NCBI GenBank assembly: GCA_963728475.1
Contig: CAVSKL010000004.1
Coordinates: 529,103 to 593,102, forward strand
Source: Candidatus Eiseniibacteriota bacterium
Lineage (GTDB): Bacteria > Eisenbacteria > RBG-16-71-46 > JABDJR01
Direction: 5' to 3'
DNA: 64,000 nt
Under the pieces are notes generated by a model, which saw nothing but the letters and a program-made list of their open reading frames with translations, did no database searches and was not told where the DNA came from. The position numbers and the translations under genes are program-made. Below, in pieces: positions 18,517 to 27,088 of the stretch. Every line of letters starts with the position of its first letter. Positions within the stretch are counted from its first letter, which is position 1.

Positions 18517-19257
18517 CTAGTTCCCGCTCGAGTCCCGTTTCACCGCCCCGGCCTGGCGGACCAGGGTCTCGAGGACCGGGTACGGCTGCGCCCCCACCAC
18601 GAACCGGCCCCCGGCCTCGAAGGTGGGAACCGCGTTCACCCCCCGGCCGGTGGCCCGGGCCCAGTCCGCGTCGACCGCCCGGCTGAAGGTCCGCCGGTCG
18701 AGCACCCGGGCCGCTTCCTCGCGATCGAGTCCTACCGAGGAGGCCAGGTCGAGCAGCACCGCCCGGTTCCCGATGTTCCGCCCCTCGGCGAAGTAGGCGC
18801 GGAAGGCGGCGTCGTTGAACGCGGGGCCCTTCCCCTCGGACTCGGCCCACTTCCCCAGCTCCTGGGCCAAGCGGCTGTTGAAGGTGGAGTCGCGGTCGGC
18901 CATGGGGAGCCCCTCCTCCGCGGCCAGCGCCTTGAGCCGGGCCTGGGAGGCGGCGATCCGCCGCGCGGCCCCCGCCCCTCCCCCGAACAGCTCGGCGAGG
19001 CTTATCCCGTCTCCGGGCGTATCGGGGTGGAGCGGGAAGTGCACGTAATCCACGCGTACGTCGTATTCCTTCTGGAGTTTCTCAACACGGACCGTGCTGA
19101 GGTAGCACCAGGGTCAGACGTAGTCGCTGTAGACGACGAGAACGACGGGAGAGGCTCCCGCCTTGCCGGCGTGAGGTGACGACATGACGGCCCCGGTGGT
19201 GACGAGAAGGGCGGCGACGGCCGTGCCCAGGGCACGGCGCAGGGCGAACGAAGGCAT
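18517..19257 (-). CDS. DsbA/FrnE-like thiol:disulfide oxidoreductase, candidate selenoprotein (in-frame TGA = Sec at the first position of the CPWC motif)
   Basis: The track reports only 18517-19053. Reading the same frame upstream gives MPSFALRRALGTAVAALLVTTGAVMSSPHAGKAGASPVVLVVYSDYV-TGA-PWCYLSTVRVEKLQKEYDVRVDYVHFPLHPD.... The TGA is at plus coordinates 19114-19116. The ATG at 19257 follows AAAGGA and opens a signal-peptide-like segment; an alternative ATG is at 19185. SDYVxPWCY is the DSBA-family redox motif. Confidence 0.6.
19081..19101 (-). promoter_or_regulatory. SECIS-like hairpin 12 nt downstream of the in-frame UGA
   Basis: The mRNA reads CUCAGCACG-GUC-CGUGUUGAG: a 9-bp stem (one G-U pair) with a GUC apical loop. 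The loop G and U sit at positions 25-26 counted from the U of UGA. Confidence 0.5.
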
Positions 19258-19645
19258 GAGGTTCCTTTCACGCAGGCCGAACACGACCCGATCGGTCGAG
19301 TATGGCAGGACGCGGCCCCGGAGTCCATCCGCGGGTGCCCCGCCCCGCTCCGGCTCAATCGGACCCGGCCGTCCCCGCCCCGACCGGCTTGGTCCCGGAC
19401 GGCCGCGCCGCCGCCCGCCTGGGCGCCGCCCGCGCGAATCCGCCGTACTTCTTGAGTTCCTTCAGCCGGCACGCGGTAGAGATCCCGGGGGTGCGGCTGG
19501 GTGTTCATGGGCCCTCCTCGGGCCCGGCGGGCGGCGCCGGAAAGATGATCAATACGATACATTCTATTTCGTTGTGAAGAACCGATTTGCTATGAATGTT
19601 GAGTAGCACACCCCGGGGTAGGCGGCAAGGGGCGGGGAACGGCGA

Positions 19646-20578
19646 CTACCCGGTTTCGATCCGCTCCCCACCGGAGTAGACGTTGAACCGGTCGCCGCGG
19701 AGGAATCCGATCAGGGTGAGGCCGTGCTCGCGGGCCAGGTCCACCGCCAGCGTGGTGGGCGCCCCCACTGCGGCCAGGAACGGGATCCCGGCCAGGAGCG
19801 CCTTCTGCACCAGCTCGAAGCTGGCGCGACCGCTCACCAGGACGATCGTGCCGCTGAGGGGCAGGCGTGCTTCCAGGAACATCGCCCCCACCACCTTGTC
19901 CATGGCGTTGTGCCGCCCGACGTCCTCGCGGGAGAGAAGCAGCTCTCCGCCGGGTTCGAAGAGCGCGCTGGCGTGGAGGCCCCCGGTGCGGGCGAATCCC
20001 TCCTGGGCGCGGCGCGCCCGCCCGGGGAGCGCGCAGAGACGTTGCCGGTCCACCCGGAAGCCGCCCACCGGACGGGCCGGGCAGGCGGTGCGGACCAGAT
20101 CCAGCGAGGCCCGTCCGCAGATCCCGCAGCTCGAGGAGGTGTAGACGTTCCGGCTGAAGCGCCCGGGATCGAAGGACGCTCCCGGCCGGAGCCGCACGTT
20201 GATCACGTTGGCGCCCGGCGAATCCGGCCCCGCCGCGCAAGGCGCGATCGACTCCACCTGGGCGGGGTCGGTAAGCACGCCTTCCGAGACCAGGAACCCC
20301 GCGGCCAGCTCGCGGTCGTGGCCGGGGGTGCGCATGGTCACCGCCACCGAGTGGCGCCGTTCGCCTCCGGCCTCTTCGACCACCACCCGCACCTCCATCG
20401 GCTCCTCGGCGGCGACCGCTTCGGAGCGGGAGCGGGCGGCGGCTCCCTCCACCGCGATCGCCTCGCGAAGTCCGGAAACGGCGTCCCCGCCCGGGGTGCC
20501 CGGCGCCGGCGCCGGCGGCTCCACCGGCTCCGCGATCTCGGGAGGGTACGCGGGGCGGTCGGGGGAACGGTCAGCCAC
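19646..20578 (-). CDS. fdhD: formate dehydrogenase accessory sulfurtransferase FdhD
   Basis: 310 aa with motifs SSCGICGRASLD and EDVGRHNAMDKVVGA. The GTG start overlaps the stop of the upstream molybdoenzyme gene by 8 nt. Confidence 0.85.
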   Translation of the reverse strand: MADRSPDRPAYPPEIAEPVEPPAPAPGTPGGDAVSGLREAIAVEGAAARSRSEAVAAEEPMEVRVVVEEAGGERRHSVAVTMRTPGHDRELAAGFLVSEGVLTDPAQVESIAPCAAGPDSPGANVINVRLRPGASFDPGRFSRNVYTSSSCGICGRASLDLVRTACPARPVGGFRVDRQRLCALPGRARRAQEGFARTGGLHASALFEPGGELLLSREDVGRHNAMDKVVGAMFLEARLPLSGTIVLVSGRASFELVQKALLAGIPFLAAVGAPTTLAVDLAREHGLTLIGFLRGDRFNVYSGGERIETG

Positions 20579-22748
20579 GAGGGACCACCTCCACCGCGGC
20601 CTCGCGGTAGGCGGGAATGCCGCACACGGGGTCGGTGACCCCGCGCGGAACCAGGGTGTTGGCTTCCGGCCAGTGGAGGAGGGCGGTTCCGGGATGGAGC
20701 GGGCCGGGCCCTACCCGGAGGTCGAGGCTCCCGGTGGGGGAGCGGACGGTGACCGGGTCGCCCTCGGCCAGGCCCAGCCGGGCCATGTCCTCCGGAGCGA
20801 GGAGCACCTGGTCGCGGCCGATCCCGGCGAGCATGTCGCCCCCGTCGAAGACCATGCTGTTGAACTGCTTTCCCCGGCGGGTGAGGAGTCGGAAGTGTCC
20901 GGGCGGGGTCTCGCGCCGCGGCGGCTCGAGCGGGGTGAACCGCGCGCGGCCGTCGGGGAAGCCGAAGCGCCCATCGGCGCAGAGGCGCTCGCCGCCCCAC
21001 TGGAACTGGTCCCCCTTGGCGCGCAGGTGCTGGATGCCGTCGTAGAGCGGGACCACCCGGGCGATCTCCTCGCGGATGGCCGCGGTCGAGTCGAAGCGGA
21101 TGCGTCCGGCCTCGCCGGGTTTGACCCGCTCGGCCAGCTCGACCAGGACCCGCCACTCGTCCCTCGCCCCGGCCACCCGGGGTCCGGGGATCTCGGGGTT
21201 GTAGATGATGCGCCGCTCGGTGGAGGTTTCGGTGTTGCCGCCGGCCATCTCGTAGCGGGTGGTGGCGGGAAGCACCAGCACGGTGTCGGCGGGATCCACC
21301 ATCATCTGCGGGTTGAGGACGATGTCGTGGTGAACGCGGAGGGGGATCCGCTCCAGGGCCTCCCGCACGTAGGCGGGGTCGGGGAGGACCCCGAAGAGGT
21401 TGCTCCCCACGCACCAGAGCGCGTCCACCTCGCCCCGCCAGGCGGCGTCCACCGTCTCCGCCGCGAAGTGTCCCTTCCAGTCCGGCACCGGGAAGCCCCA
21501 CTTCGCGGCCAGCGCGGCCGCGCCCCCGGGCCCGGCGGGGGCGCCGCCGGGGAAGGTGTCGGGGACGCAGCCCATCTCCGCGCCCCCCTGGACCCCGGAG
21601 TGGCCGCGGATGGGCATGAGGCCCGACCCCGGCTTTCCCACCAGGCCCCGGGCGAGCGCGAGGTTCGCGATCGCCTTCACGTTCCGGACTCCGTGGGTGT
21701 GCATGGTGATCCCCATGGACCAGACGAAGACCGCGCTCCGGGCGGCGCCGACCATTCGCGCGAACTCGAGCATACTCTCCCGGCTCGCTCCGGAGGCGCG
21801 CTCCAGCTCCTCGAAGCTCTGCCCGGCCAGCGCCCGCTCCAGCTCGTCCCAGCCCGCGGTGTGGGCTTCCACGAACGCGCGGTCCACCCGCCCCTCGGCG
21901 ATCAGGTGCTTCAGGGTTCCGTTCAGGAACGCGATGTCGCCGCCCACCCGGAGGGTGAAAAAAGCGTCGGCGATCCGGGTCCCCAGGAGAGCGGAGTCCA
22001 CCGAGGAGGGCACCCAGTAGCGTTCCATCCCCGGCTCGCGGAAGGGGTTCACCACCGCCACCTTCGTCCCCGCCTTCTTGGCCAGGTGGAGGTACTTCAT
22101 CACCACCGGCTGGTTGTTGGCGGCGTCGCTTCCCAGGAACACCACCAGGTCGCTCCCGATCAGGTCGCGGTAGCTACAGGTGGTGGCCGCGAAACCCACC
22201 GACTCCTTGAGGCCGGTGGTGGAGGGGGAGTGGCAGATGCGGGCGGAGTTGTCCACGTGGTTGGTGCCGAGATACCGCGCCACCTTCTGAGCCGCGTAGT
22301 AGGTCTCGTTGGCGGTCCCGCGCGAGACCAGGTAGAAGGCCAGCCGCCGGGGGTCGATTCCGCGGATGCGGGAAACGGCAAGCTCCATGGCCTCGGGCCA
22401 GGGGAGCGGGCGGAACCCGGAATCGCCGCGCCGGCGAACGAGCGGAACCGGGATGCGGCCGAGCTTGCGCAGCTCCCGCTCGCTCATCGCGGCCAACGCC
22501 GAGGCGTCCGCGGCCACCGCCGGATCCAGGGCGGGCATGGTGTTCAGCCGGAGGAGGTTCAGGCGCACCCAGCAGAGGTGGACCTCGGGCATGGTCCAGT
22601 CGCGCATGCCGCTGGTGCCCAGCGCGCAACCGTCGCAGACCCCGTCCCGGAGGATGCGCCAGGCGTAGCCGGGCCGGTCCCGGTTGGCCCACAGGGCTCG
22701 GGCGATTTCGCGGTAGGGGCCGGTCCGGCGGGCCAGCGTCCGCTTCAC
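20571..22748 (-). CDS. FdhF/YdeP-family molybdopterin oxidoreductase (alpha subunit)
   Basis: Motifs DGVCDGCALG, ARICHSPSTTGLKES (Cys at the position of the Mo ligand) and RGHSGVQGG, plus a C-terminal molydopterin dinucleotide-binding domain. I place the start at GTG 22748 (GTGA overlap with the upstream stop) rather than track 22847. Confidence 0.85.
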   Translation of the reverse strand: MKRTLARRTGPYREIARALWANRDRPGYAWRILRDGVCDGCALGTSGMRDWTMPEVHLCWVRLNLLRLNTMPALDPAVAADASALAAMSERELRKLGRIPVPLVRRRGDSGFRPLPWPEAMELAVSRIRGIDPRRLAFYLVSRGTANETYYAAQKVARYLGTNHVDNSARICHSPSTTGLKESVGFAATTCSYRDLIGSDLVVFLGSDAANNQPVVMKYLHLAKKAGTKVAVVNPFREPGMERYWVPSSVDSALLGTRIADAFFTLRVGGDIAFLNGTLKHLIAEGRVDRAFVEAHTAGWDELERALAGQSFEELERASGASRESMLEFARMVGAARSAVFVWSMGITMHTHGVRNVKAIANLALARGLVGKPGSGLMPIRGHSGVQGGAEMGCVPDTFPGGAPAGPGGAAALAAKWGFPVPDWKGHFAAETVDAAWRGEVDALWCVGSNLFGVLPDPAYVREALERIPLRVHHDIVLNPQMMVDPADTVLVLPATTRYEMAGGNTETSTERRIIYNPEIPGPRVAGARDEWRVLVELAERVKPGEAGRIRFDSTAAIREEIARVVPLYDGIQHLRAKGDQFQWGGERLCADGRFGFPDGRARFTPLEPPRRETPPGHFRLLTRRGKQFNSMVFDGGDMLAGIGRDQVLLAPEDMARLGLAEGDPVTVRSPTGSLDLRVGPGPLHPGTALLHWPEANTLVPRGVTDPVCGIPAYREAAVEVVPRG

Positions 22749-23812
22749 TCGAAGCGGGTGAAGGTCACGTCCAGGTAGCGGCTCTGCTCGAGCGCCTTCT
22801 TCCACTGGACGAGAATGGGGCTCTGGTAGATCCCTTCCACCACGCATCCCCGCCCGGGCTGGAACTGGTCGCTCACCAGCAGGCTCACCTGGCGCTTCAT
22901 GCGCATGAGCCGGGCGGCGGGGAGCGCGAGGAACTTGTCCACCGCCCGCTCCAGGGCGGAGTCGGTCACCCCCAACGCGTCCATGATCGCGTTCAGGACC
23001 TGGACGAAGTCGTACTTGGCGTAGTTGAGGGTCTTGACCGGAACCGTCCTCGGATCGAGAAGCATGTTCCGCCCCCGCTCGGCCACGAACCGGAACGGGT
23101 TGCGCAGCACCTCGGCCAGATCGTGCCGCATGAGGAGCGTCTCGTACTCGTTGACGGTGAGCGCGGCGTGGCGCTCGTTGGGGGCCAGCGAGATGTCGAC
23201 CCGCCCCTTGGTGATGTCCAGGGTTTCGATGAGATGGCAGATCTGGGCGTAGAGCCCGAACCGCGGATCCTTGAGGTTGACCGAGTCGATCGGGTGGAGC
23301 GAGGTCGGCACCTCGATCCGGACCCGGTCCACCACCTCTTCGCGGTCGTATCCGATCACGGTGGTGCGGCGGGTGCGCTGGGTGTGCTCGTGGACCCCGT
23401 CGAGGTCGATGAAGTAGACCGGCGAGCTGGGGCGGTTGACGTAGGTCACGCAGCTCCGGAGGCCGGAGCCGATGAAGGTGAGGTGGCTGTCGCCGTTCCG
23501 GGGCTCGATCAGGCGCTGGGCGTCGGTGAGCTCGCTCCGAAGGTGGAGCTGGTCGTGCCGGTAGTCGGCGTCCGGAGGAAAGATCCGCTGGAACCCGCCT
23601 ACGAAGTTCTGGACGGTGTCGCGATCGTTGTTGAGGCGCGCGCAGAAGCTCTGCTCCAGGTACCCCGCGGTGGTGTGGTGGGAGCAGTAGACCGATTTGC
23701 GATAGCGGTTGAAGAAGTCCTCGACCTCGCCGGCCACGCGGCGGCCGACGTCGATGACGTCCAAGCGCGACCGCGGCCGAAGCTCGAGGGTAATCTCAGC
23801 AGGTGGCGACAT
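22745..23812 (-). CDS. tandem YjbQ/UPF0047-like domain protein
   Basis: Only the last 355 codons of track ORF 22745-24739 look coding; ATG at 23812. First domain: LDVIDVGRRV...VYCSHHTTAGYLEQ. Second domain: RHAALTVNEYE. It is translationally coupled to the molybdoenzyme gene. Confidence 0.6.
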   Translation of the reverse strand: MSPPAEITLELRPRSRLDVIDVGRRVAGEVEDFFNRYRKSVYCSHHTTAGYLEQSFCARLNNDRDTVQNFVGGFQRIFPPDADYRHDQLHLRSELTDAQRLIEPRNGDSHLTFIGSGLRSCVTYVNRPSSPVYFIDLDGVHEHTQRTRRTTVIGYDREEVVDRVRIEVPTSLHPIDSVNLKDPRFGLYAQICHLIETLDITKGRVDISLAPNERHAALTVNEYETLLMRHDLAEVLRNPFRFVAERGRNMLLDPRTVPVKTLNYAKYDFVQVLNAIMDALGVTDSALERAVDKFLALPAARLMRMKRQVSLLVSDQFQPGRGCVVEGIYQSPILVQWKKALEQSRYLDVTFTRFE

Positions 23813-24013
23813 GGGATATGGGGTCTCCGGGTAGAGAATTCTACCGGGATCGGCCCCCGCAGTCAACGTACGGGTAGGTAGCCGGTTACCGGAGGGCTTC
23901 CGGCGCCCGGCCGCCGGCGGGCCGGTGGAGAACCGGGCGAAGCTCTGGCACAATGGCCCCGCCCCCGGCGGTTCCGCCGGGGGGCGCCGGACGACCCGAG
24001 CCCGGGAGGACCC

Positions 24014-25045
24014 ATGCGAGCGGTGGTGATCGAGGCCCATGGCGGGCTGGAGGCGTTGACGATCCGGGAGCGGCCGGATCCGGTCCCGGGACCGGGCGAG
24101 GTCCGGGTGCGGGTGCGCGCGGCCGCGCTCAATCATCTGGATCTCTGGGTCCGCCGCGGGGTGCCCGGCGTCCGCTACCCGCTCCCGATCGTCCCCGGTT
24201 GCGACGGGGCCGGGGTGGTGGATGCGCTGGGTCCCGGGGTGACCGGGATCGAGCCCGGTTCCGCCTGCGTGGTGGCGCCCGGGGTCTCGTGCGGACGCTG
24301 CGAGCCCTGCTCGCGCGGCGAGGATCAGCTCTGCCGCGACTACGGCATTCTGGGCGAGCACCGGGACGGAACCTGCGCCGACTTCGTGGTCGTGCCGGCC
24401 CGGAACGTCCTCCCCAAACCGGAGAACCTCTCGTTCGAGGAGGCGGCGGCGATGCCGCTGGTGTTCCTCACCGCCTGGCACATGCTCACGGCCCGGGCCG
24501 GGCTCCGGCCGGGGGAGACCGTGCTCATCCACGCCGCCGGGAGCGGGGTCTCCACCGCCGGCATCCAGATCGCCGATCTCCTCGGCGCGCGCATCCTGGT
24601 CACCGCCGGGAGCGACGAAAAGCTCCGCCGGGCCCGGGAGATGGGAGCCGAGGCCGGCATCAACTACCGCACCGCCGATTTCGTGGACGAGGTGCGAACC
24701 CTCACCGGGAAAAGCGGTTGCGACGTGATCTTCGACCACATTGGCAAGGATACCTGGCAGGGCAACATCAAGAGCTTGGCCAAGGGGGGGCGCCTGGTGA
24801 TCTGCGGCAACACCAGCGGCCCGGCCGCCGAGACCCCGCTCCCGTACGTGTTCTTCAAGGGGCTCTCCCTTCTCGGCTCCACCATGGGCTCACGGGCGGA
24901 ACTTTACGAGGTGCTGCGCCTGGCCGGACGGGGCGACCTCGCCCCGGTGGTGGACCGGACGCTCCCCATGAACGAGGTGGCCGAGGGGCATCGCGCGCTC
25001 GAGGCGCGCGAGGTCTTCGGCAAGATCGTGCTCACCCCCTGGTAG
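24014..25045 (+). CDS. zinc-type alcohol dehydrogenase / quinone oxidoreductase (MDR family)
   Basis: 343 aa. Motifs EVRVRVRAAALNHLDLWVRRG and IHAAGSGVSTAGIQIA (Rossmann fold). Confidence 0.85.
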   Translation: MRAVVIEAHGGLEALTIRERPDPVPGPGEVRVRVRAAALNHLDLWVRRGVPGVRYPLPIVPGCDGAGVVDALGPGVTGIEPGSACVVAPGVSCGRCEPCSRGEDQLCRDYGILGEHRDGTCADFVVVPARNVLPKPENLSFEEAAAMPLVFLTAWHMLTARAGLRPGETVLIHAAGSGVSTAGIQIADLLGARILVTAGSDEKLRRAREMGAEAGINYRTADFVDEVRTLTGKSGCDVIFDHIGKDTWQGNIKSLAKGGRLVICGNTSGPAAETPLPYVFFKGLSLLGSTMGSRAELYEVLRLAGRGDLAPVVDRTLPMNEVAEGHRALEAREVFGKIVLTPW

Positions 25046-25058
25046 GGAGGGAATCCCC

Positions 25059-25817
25059 ATGAACCCGATCCTCAAGCGTGAGCGGCGGGGCGAGATCGAG
25101 ATCCTCACGTTGAACCGGCCGGAGAAGCGGAACGCGCTCAACCTGGAGCTGGTGCGCGCGCTCCACGCCGCGCTGGCCGAGCTAGAGACCGACCGCGACT
25201 TGCGGGCGGCGGTGCTGACCGGCGAAGGGGACCATTTCGCGGCGGGCGCCGACATCGCCCAGCTCCTCGACCGCCGCGGCCCCGAGGCCCTGGACGCAAT
25301 CAACGGGGCGCTGTTCACCCGCCTGGAGGAGCTTCCGGTCCCGGTGATCGCGGCGGTCCGCGGATATGCCCTGGGGGGCGGCTGCGAGCTGGCGCTGGCC
25401 GCCGACATCCGGGTGGCGGGCGAGAGCGCCCGGCTGGGCCAGCCCGAGGTGGGGCTGGGGATCATCCCCGGCGCCGGCGCGACCTACCGGCTCCCCCGGC
25501 TGGTGGGGATGGGGCGGGCCAAGGAGCTCATCTTCACCGGGCGCCGGGTGGAGGCGGCCGAGGCCCTGGCCATGGGCCTGGTGAACCGGGTGGTTCCCGA
25601 CGGCCGGATGCTCGAGGAGGCGTTGGACGTGGCCTCGGAGGTGGCGCGCCAGAGCCCGGAGGCGGTTCGCATCGCCAAGCTCGCCCTCAACGCCCAGCGC
25701 CATGGGCAGCGCGAGGGAGACGCCCTGGAGAGGCTGGCCCAGGCCGTCCTCTACCAGAGCCCCGAGAAGGCGCGACGGATGACCGCATTCCTCTCCTCCA
25801 AGGGCAAGCGTTCGTGA
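25059..25817 (+). CDS. enoyl-CoA hydratase/isomerase (crotonase fold)
   Basis: 252 aa. Motifs VLTGEGDHFAAGADI and AAVRGYALGGGCELALAADIRVA. Confidence 0.85.
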   Translation: MNPILKRERRGEIEILTLNRPEKRNALNLELVRALHAALAELETDRDLRAAVLTGEGDHFAAGADIAQLLDRRGPEALDAINGALFTRLEELPVPVIAAVRGYALGGGCELALAADIRVAGESARLGQPEVGLGIIPGAGATYRLPRLVGMGRAKELIFTGRRVEAAEALAMGLVNRVVPDGRMLEEALDVASEVARQSPEAVRIAKLALNAQRHGQREGDALERLAQAVLYQSPEKARRMTAFLSSKGKRS

Positions 25818-25981
25818 TGCGGACGGCTTTTGTGGGGATTCGGGCTAAACCCCGGGCCCCGGAGCCCCGATCATTCCGGGGAGAGGTTCGCGGCGGTCCG
25901 GACCGCCTGGGTCTGGAACATCAAGAAACACATTCGGTTCGGGCACGTGCCTCGAGTCGATTGGGAGGAGCCCTCAGGCTC

Positions 25982-26347
25982 ATGACGATTCGCCATCACG
26001 TGGGCCGGCTCGACGCCCTTCCCGACCGGGAGGGGATCCGGGTCCGGCTCGGCGGCCACACCGTGGCCATCTTCCAGCGCGACGGACGCGTCCACGCGGT
26101 GAGCGATTCCTGTCCCCACATGGGGGCGTCCCTCTCCGAGGGCTACCTCTCGGGGTGCACCGTGGTCTGTCCCTGGCACGGCTGGGCGTTCGACCTCGAC
26201 GACGGCAGCTCGCCCTTCGACCCCGACGTCTCGGTTTCGGTGTATCGTGTGGAGGTAGAGGGGGGCGAGGTCTACGTCGAGATCGAGGAAGCGGCCGAGG
26301 CCCACACCGGAACCTGCGGCGAGGAGGGAGGGCGGGGCGCGGCCTGA
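25982..26347 (+). CDS. Rieske [2Fe-2S] domain protein (NirD-like small subunit)
   Basis: ATG at 25982 inside track ORF 25814-26347. Rieske motifs CPHMGASL and CPWHGWAF. Confidence 0.7.
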   Translation: MTIRHHVGRLDALPDREGIRVRLGGHTVAIFQRDGRVHAVSDSCPHMGASLSEGYLSGCTVVCPWHGWAFDLDDGSSPFDPDVSVSVYRVEVEGGEVYVEIEEAAEAHTGTCGEEGGRGAA

Positions 26348-26361
26348 GTCCGGGAGGCGTC

Positions 26362-27027
26362 GTGTCCCAAAGTCCACCTCGGGTTCTTCCCCTCTTTCCC
26401 CTCCCCGACGTCGTCTTCTTCCCCGGCACCAAGCTCCCGCTGCACGTGTTCGAGCCCCGCTACCGGCAGCTGGTGGAGGACGTGATCCGCGAGCGCTGGT
26501 GGATCGCGGTGCCGCTCCTTCGCCCCGGGCACCTGGGCGAGATCGAGGGCGCGCCCCCGTTTCATGACCTGGCCGGCGCCGGGCGCCTCACCCGCTACAC
26601 CCGGCTCCCCGACGGCCGATTCCAGGTCCTGGTGGAGGGCCGGGCGCGGGTGCGGCTCAGCGAGGTGGCCTCCGAGCGCCTCTACCGGAAGGCGCGGGCG
26701 GTGACGCTGCCCGAGGCGGCCGGGGAACTGGAGGGGAGGACGGTGGAGGGAGCGCTCCGGCAGGGGGTGCGACTGGCCGCGGAACTCGGGCTCCTCGAAA
26801 CCACCCAGGCCGGTCTCGGCGTTCCCCGGGACGGGGACGGCCGGCTGGCCCTGGTGAACCGGATCGCCTCGGTGGTGCTGGCCGAGTCCACCGAACGGCA
26901 GGGAATTCTGGAGACCGACGATCCACGGCAGCGGCTGGAGCTGGTGCTGCGGCAGCTCCGGATCTCGGCGCGCCTGCTCGAGGCCCTGGCCCGTTCCCCG
27001 CGCCCCCGCAAGCCGGAGGAGAACTGA
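26362..27027 (+). CDS. LON substrate-binding (N-terminal) domain protein
   Basis: GTG at 26362 preceded by GGGAGG. LPLFPLPDVVFFPGTKLPLHVFEPRYRQL is the classic Lon N-domain opening. No ATPase or protease domain follows. Confidence 0.7.
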   Translation: MSQSPPRVLPLFPLPDVVFFPGTKLPLHVFEPRYRQLVEDVIRERWWIAVPLLRPGHLGEIEGAPPFHDLAGAGRLTRYTRLPDGRFQVLVEGRARVRLSEVASERLYRKARAVTLPEAAGELEGRTVEGALRQGVRLAAELGLLETTQAGLGVPRDGDGRLALVNRIASVVLAESTERQGILETDDPRQRLELVLRQLRISARLLEALARSPRPRKPEEN

Positions 27028-27088
27028 CCCGCCGCCCGGCAGCGGCTGTTCAACCGGCGGCGCGGCCGGGACCGGCACTTCCCACGGT

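Noticed and set aside
19345-19550. A second selenoprotein: the frame reading ..EEGP-TGA-TPSRTPGISTACRLKELKKYGG.. across the ATGA at 19505-19508
   Set aside because: There is no CxxU/UxxC-type motif and no convincing start (only a TTG inside the AT-rich island, without an RBS). I could not find a hairpin with SECIS geometry after that TGA. Kept only as part of the unexplained-gap finding.
19002-19562. 186-aa minus-strand track ORF overlapping the start of the DsbA-like gene
   Set aside because: Low-complexity Gly/Arg/Ala/Ser translation and many A/T third positions in its first third. It is out of frame with the motif-bearing DsbA reading frame. At most its first codons (RBS + ATG 19508) may be functional.
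23946-23960. TGGCAC hexamer resembling a sigma-54 -24 element upstream of the quinone oxidoreductase gene
   Set aside because: The positions where the -12 TTGC should be read CCCC, so there is no GC dinucleotide at the required spacing.
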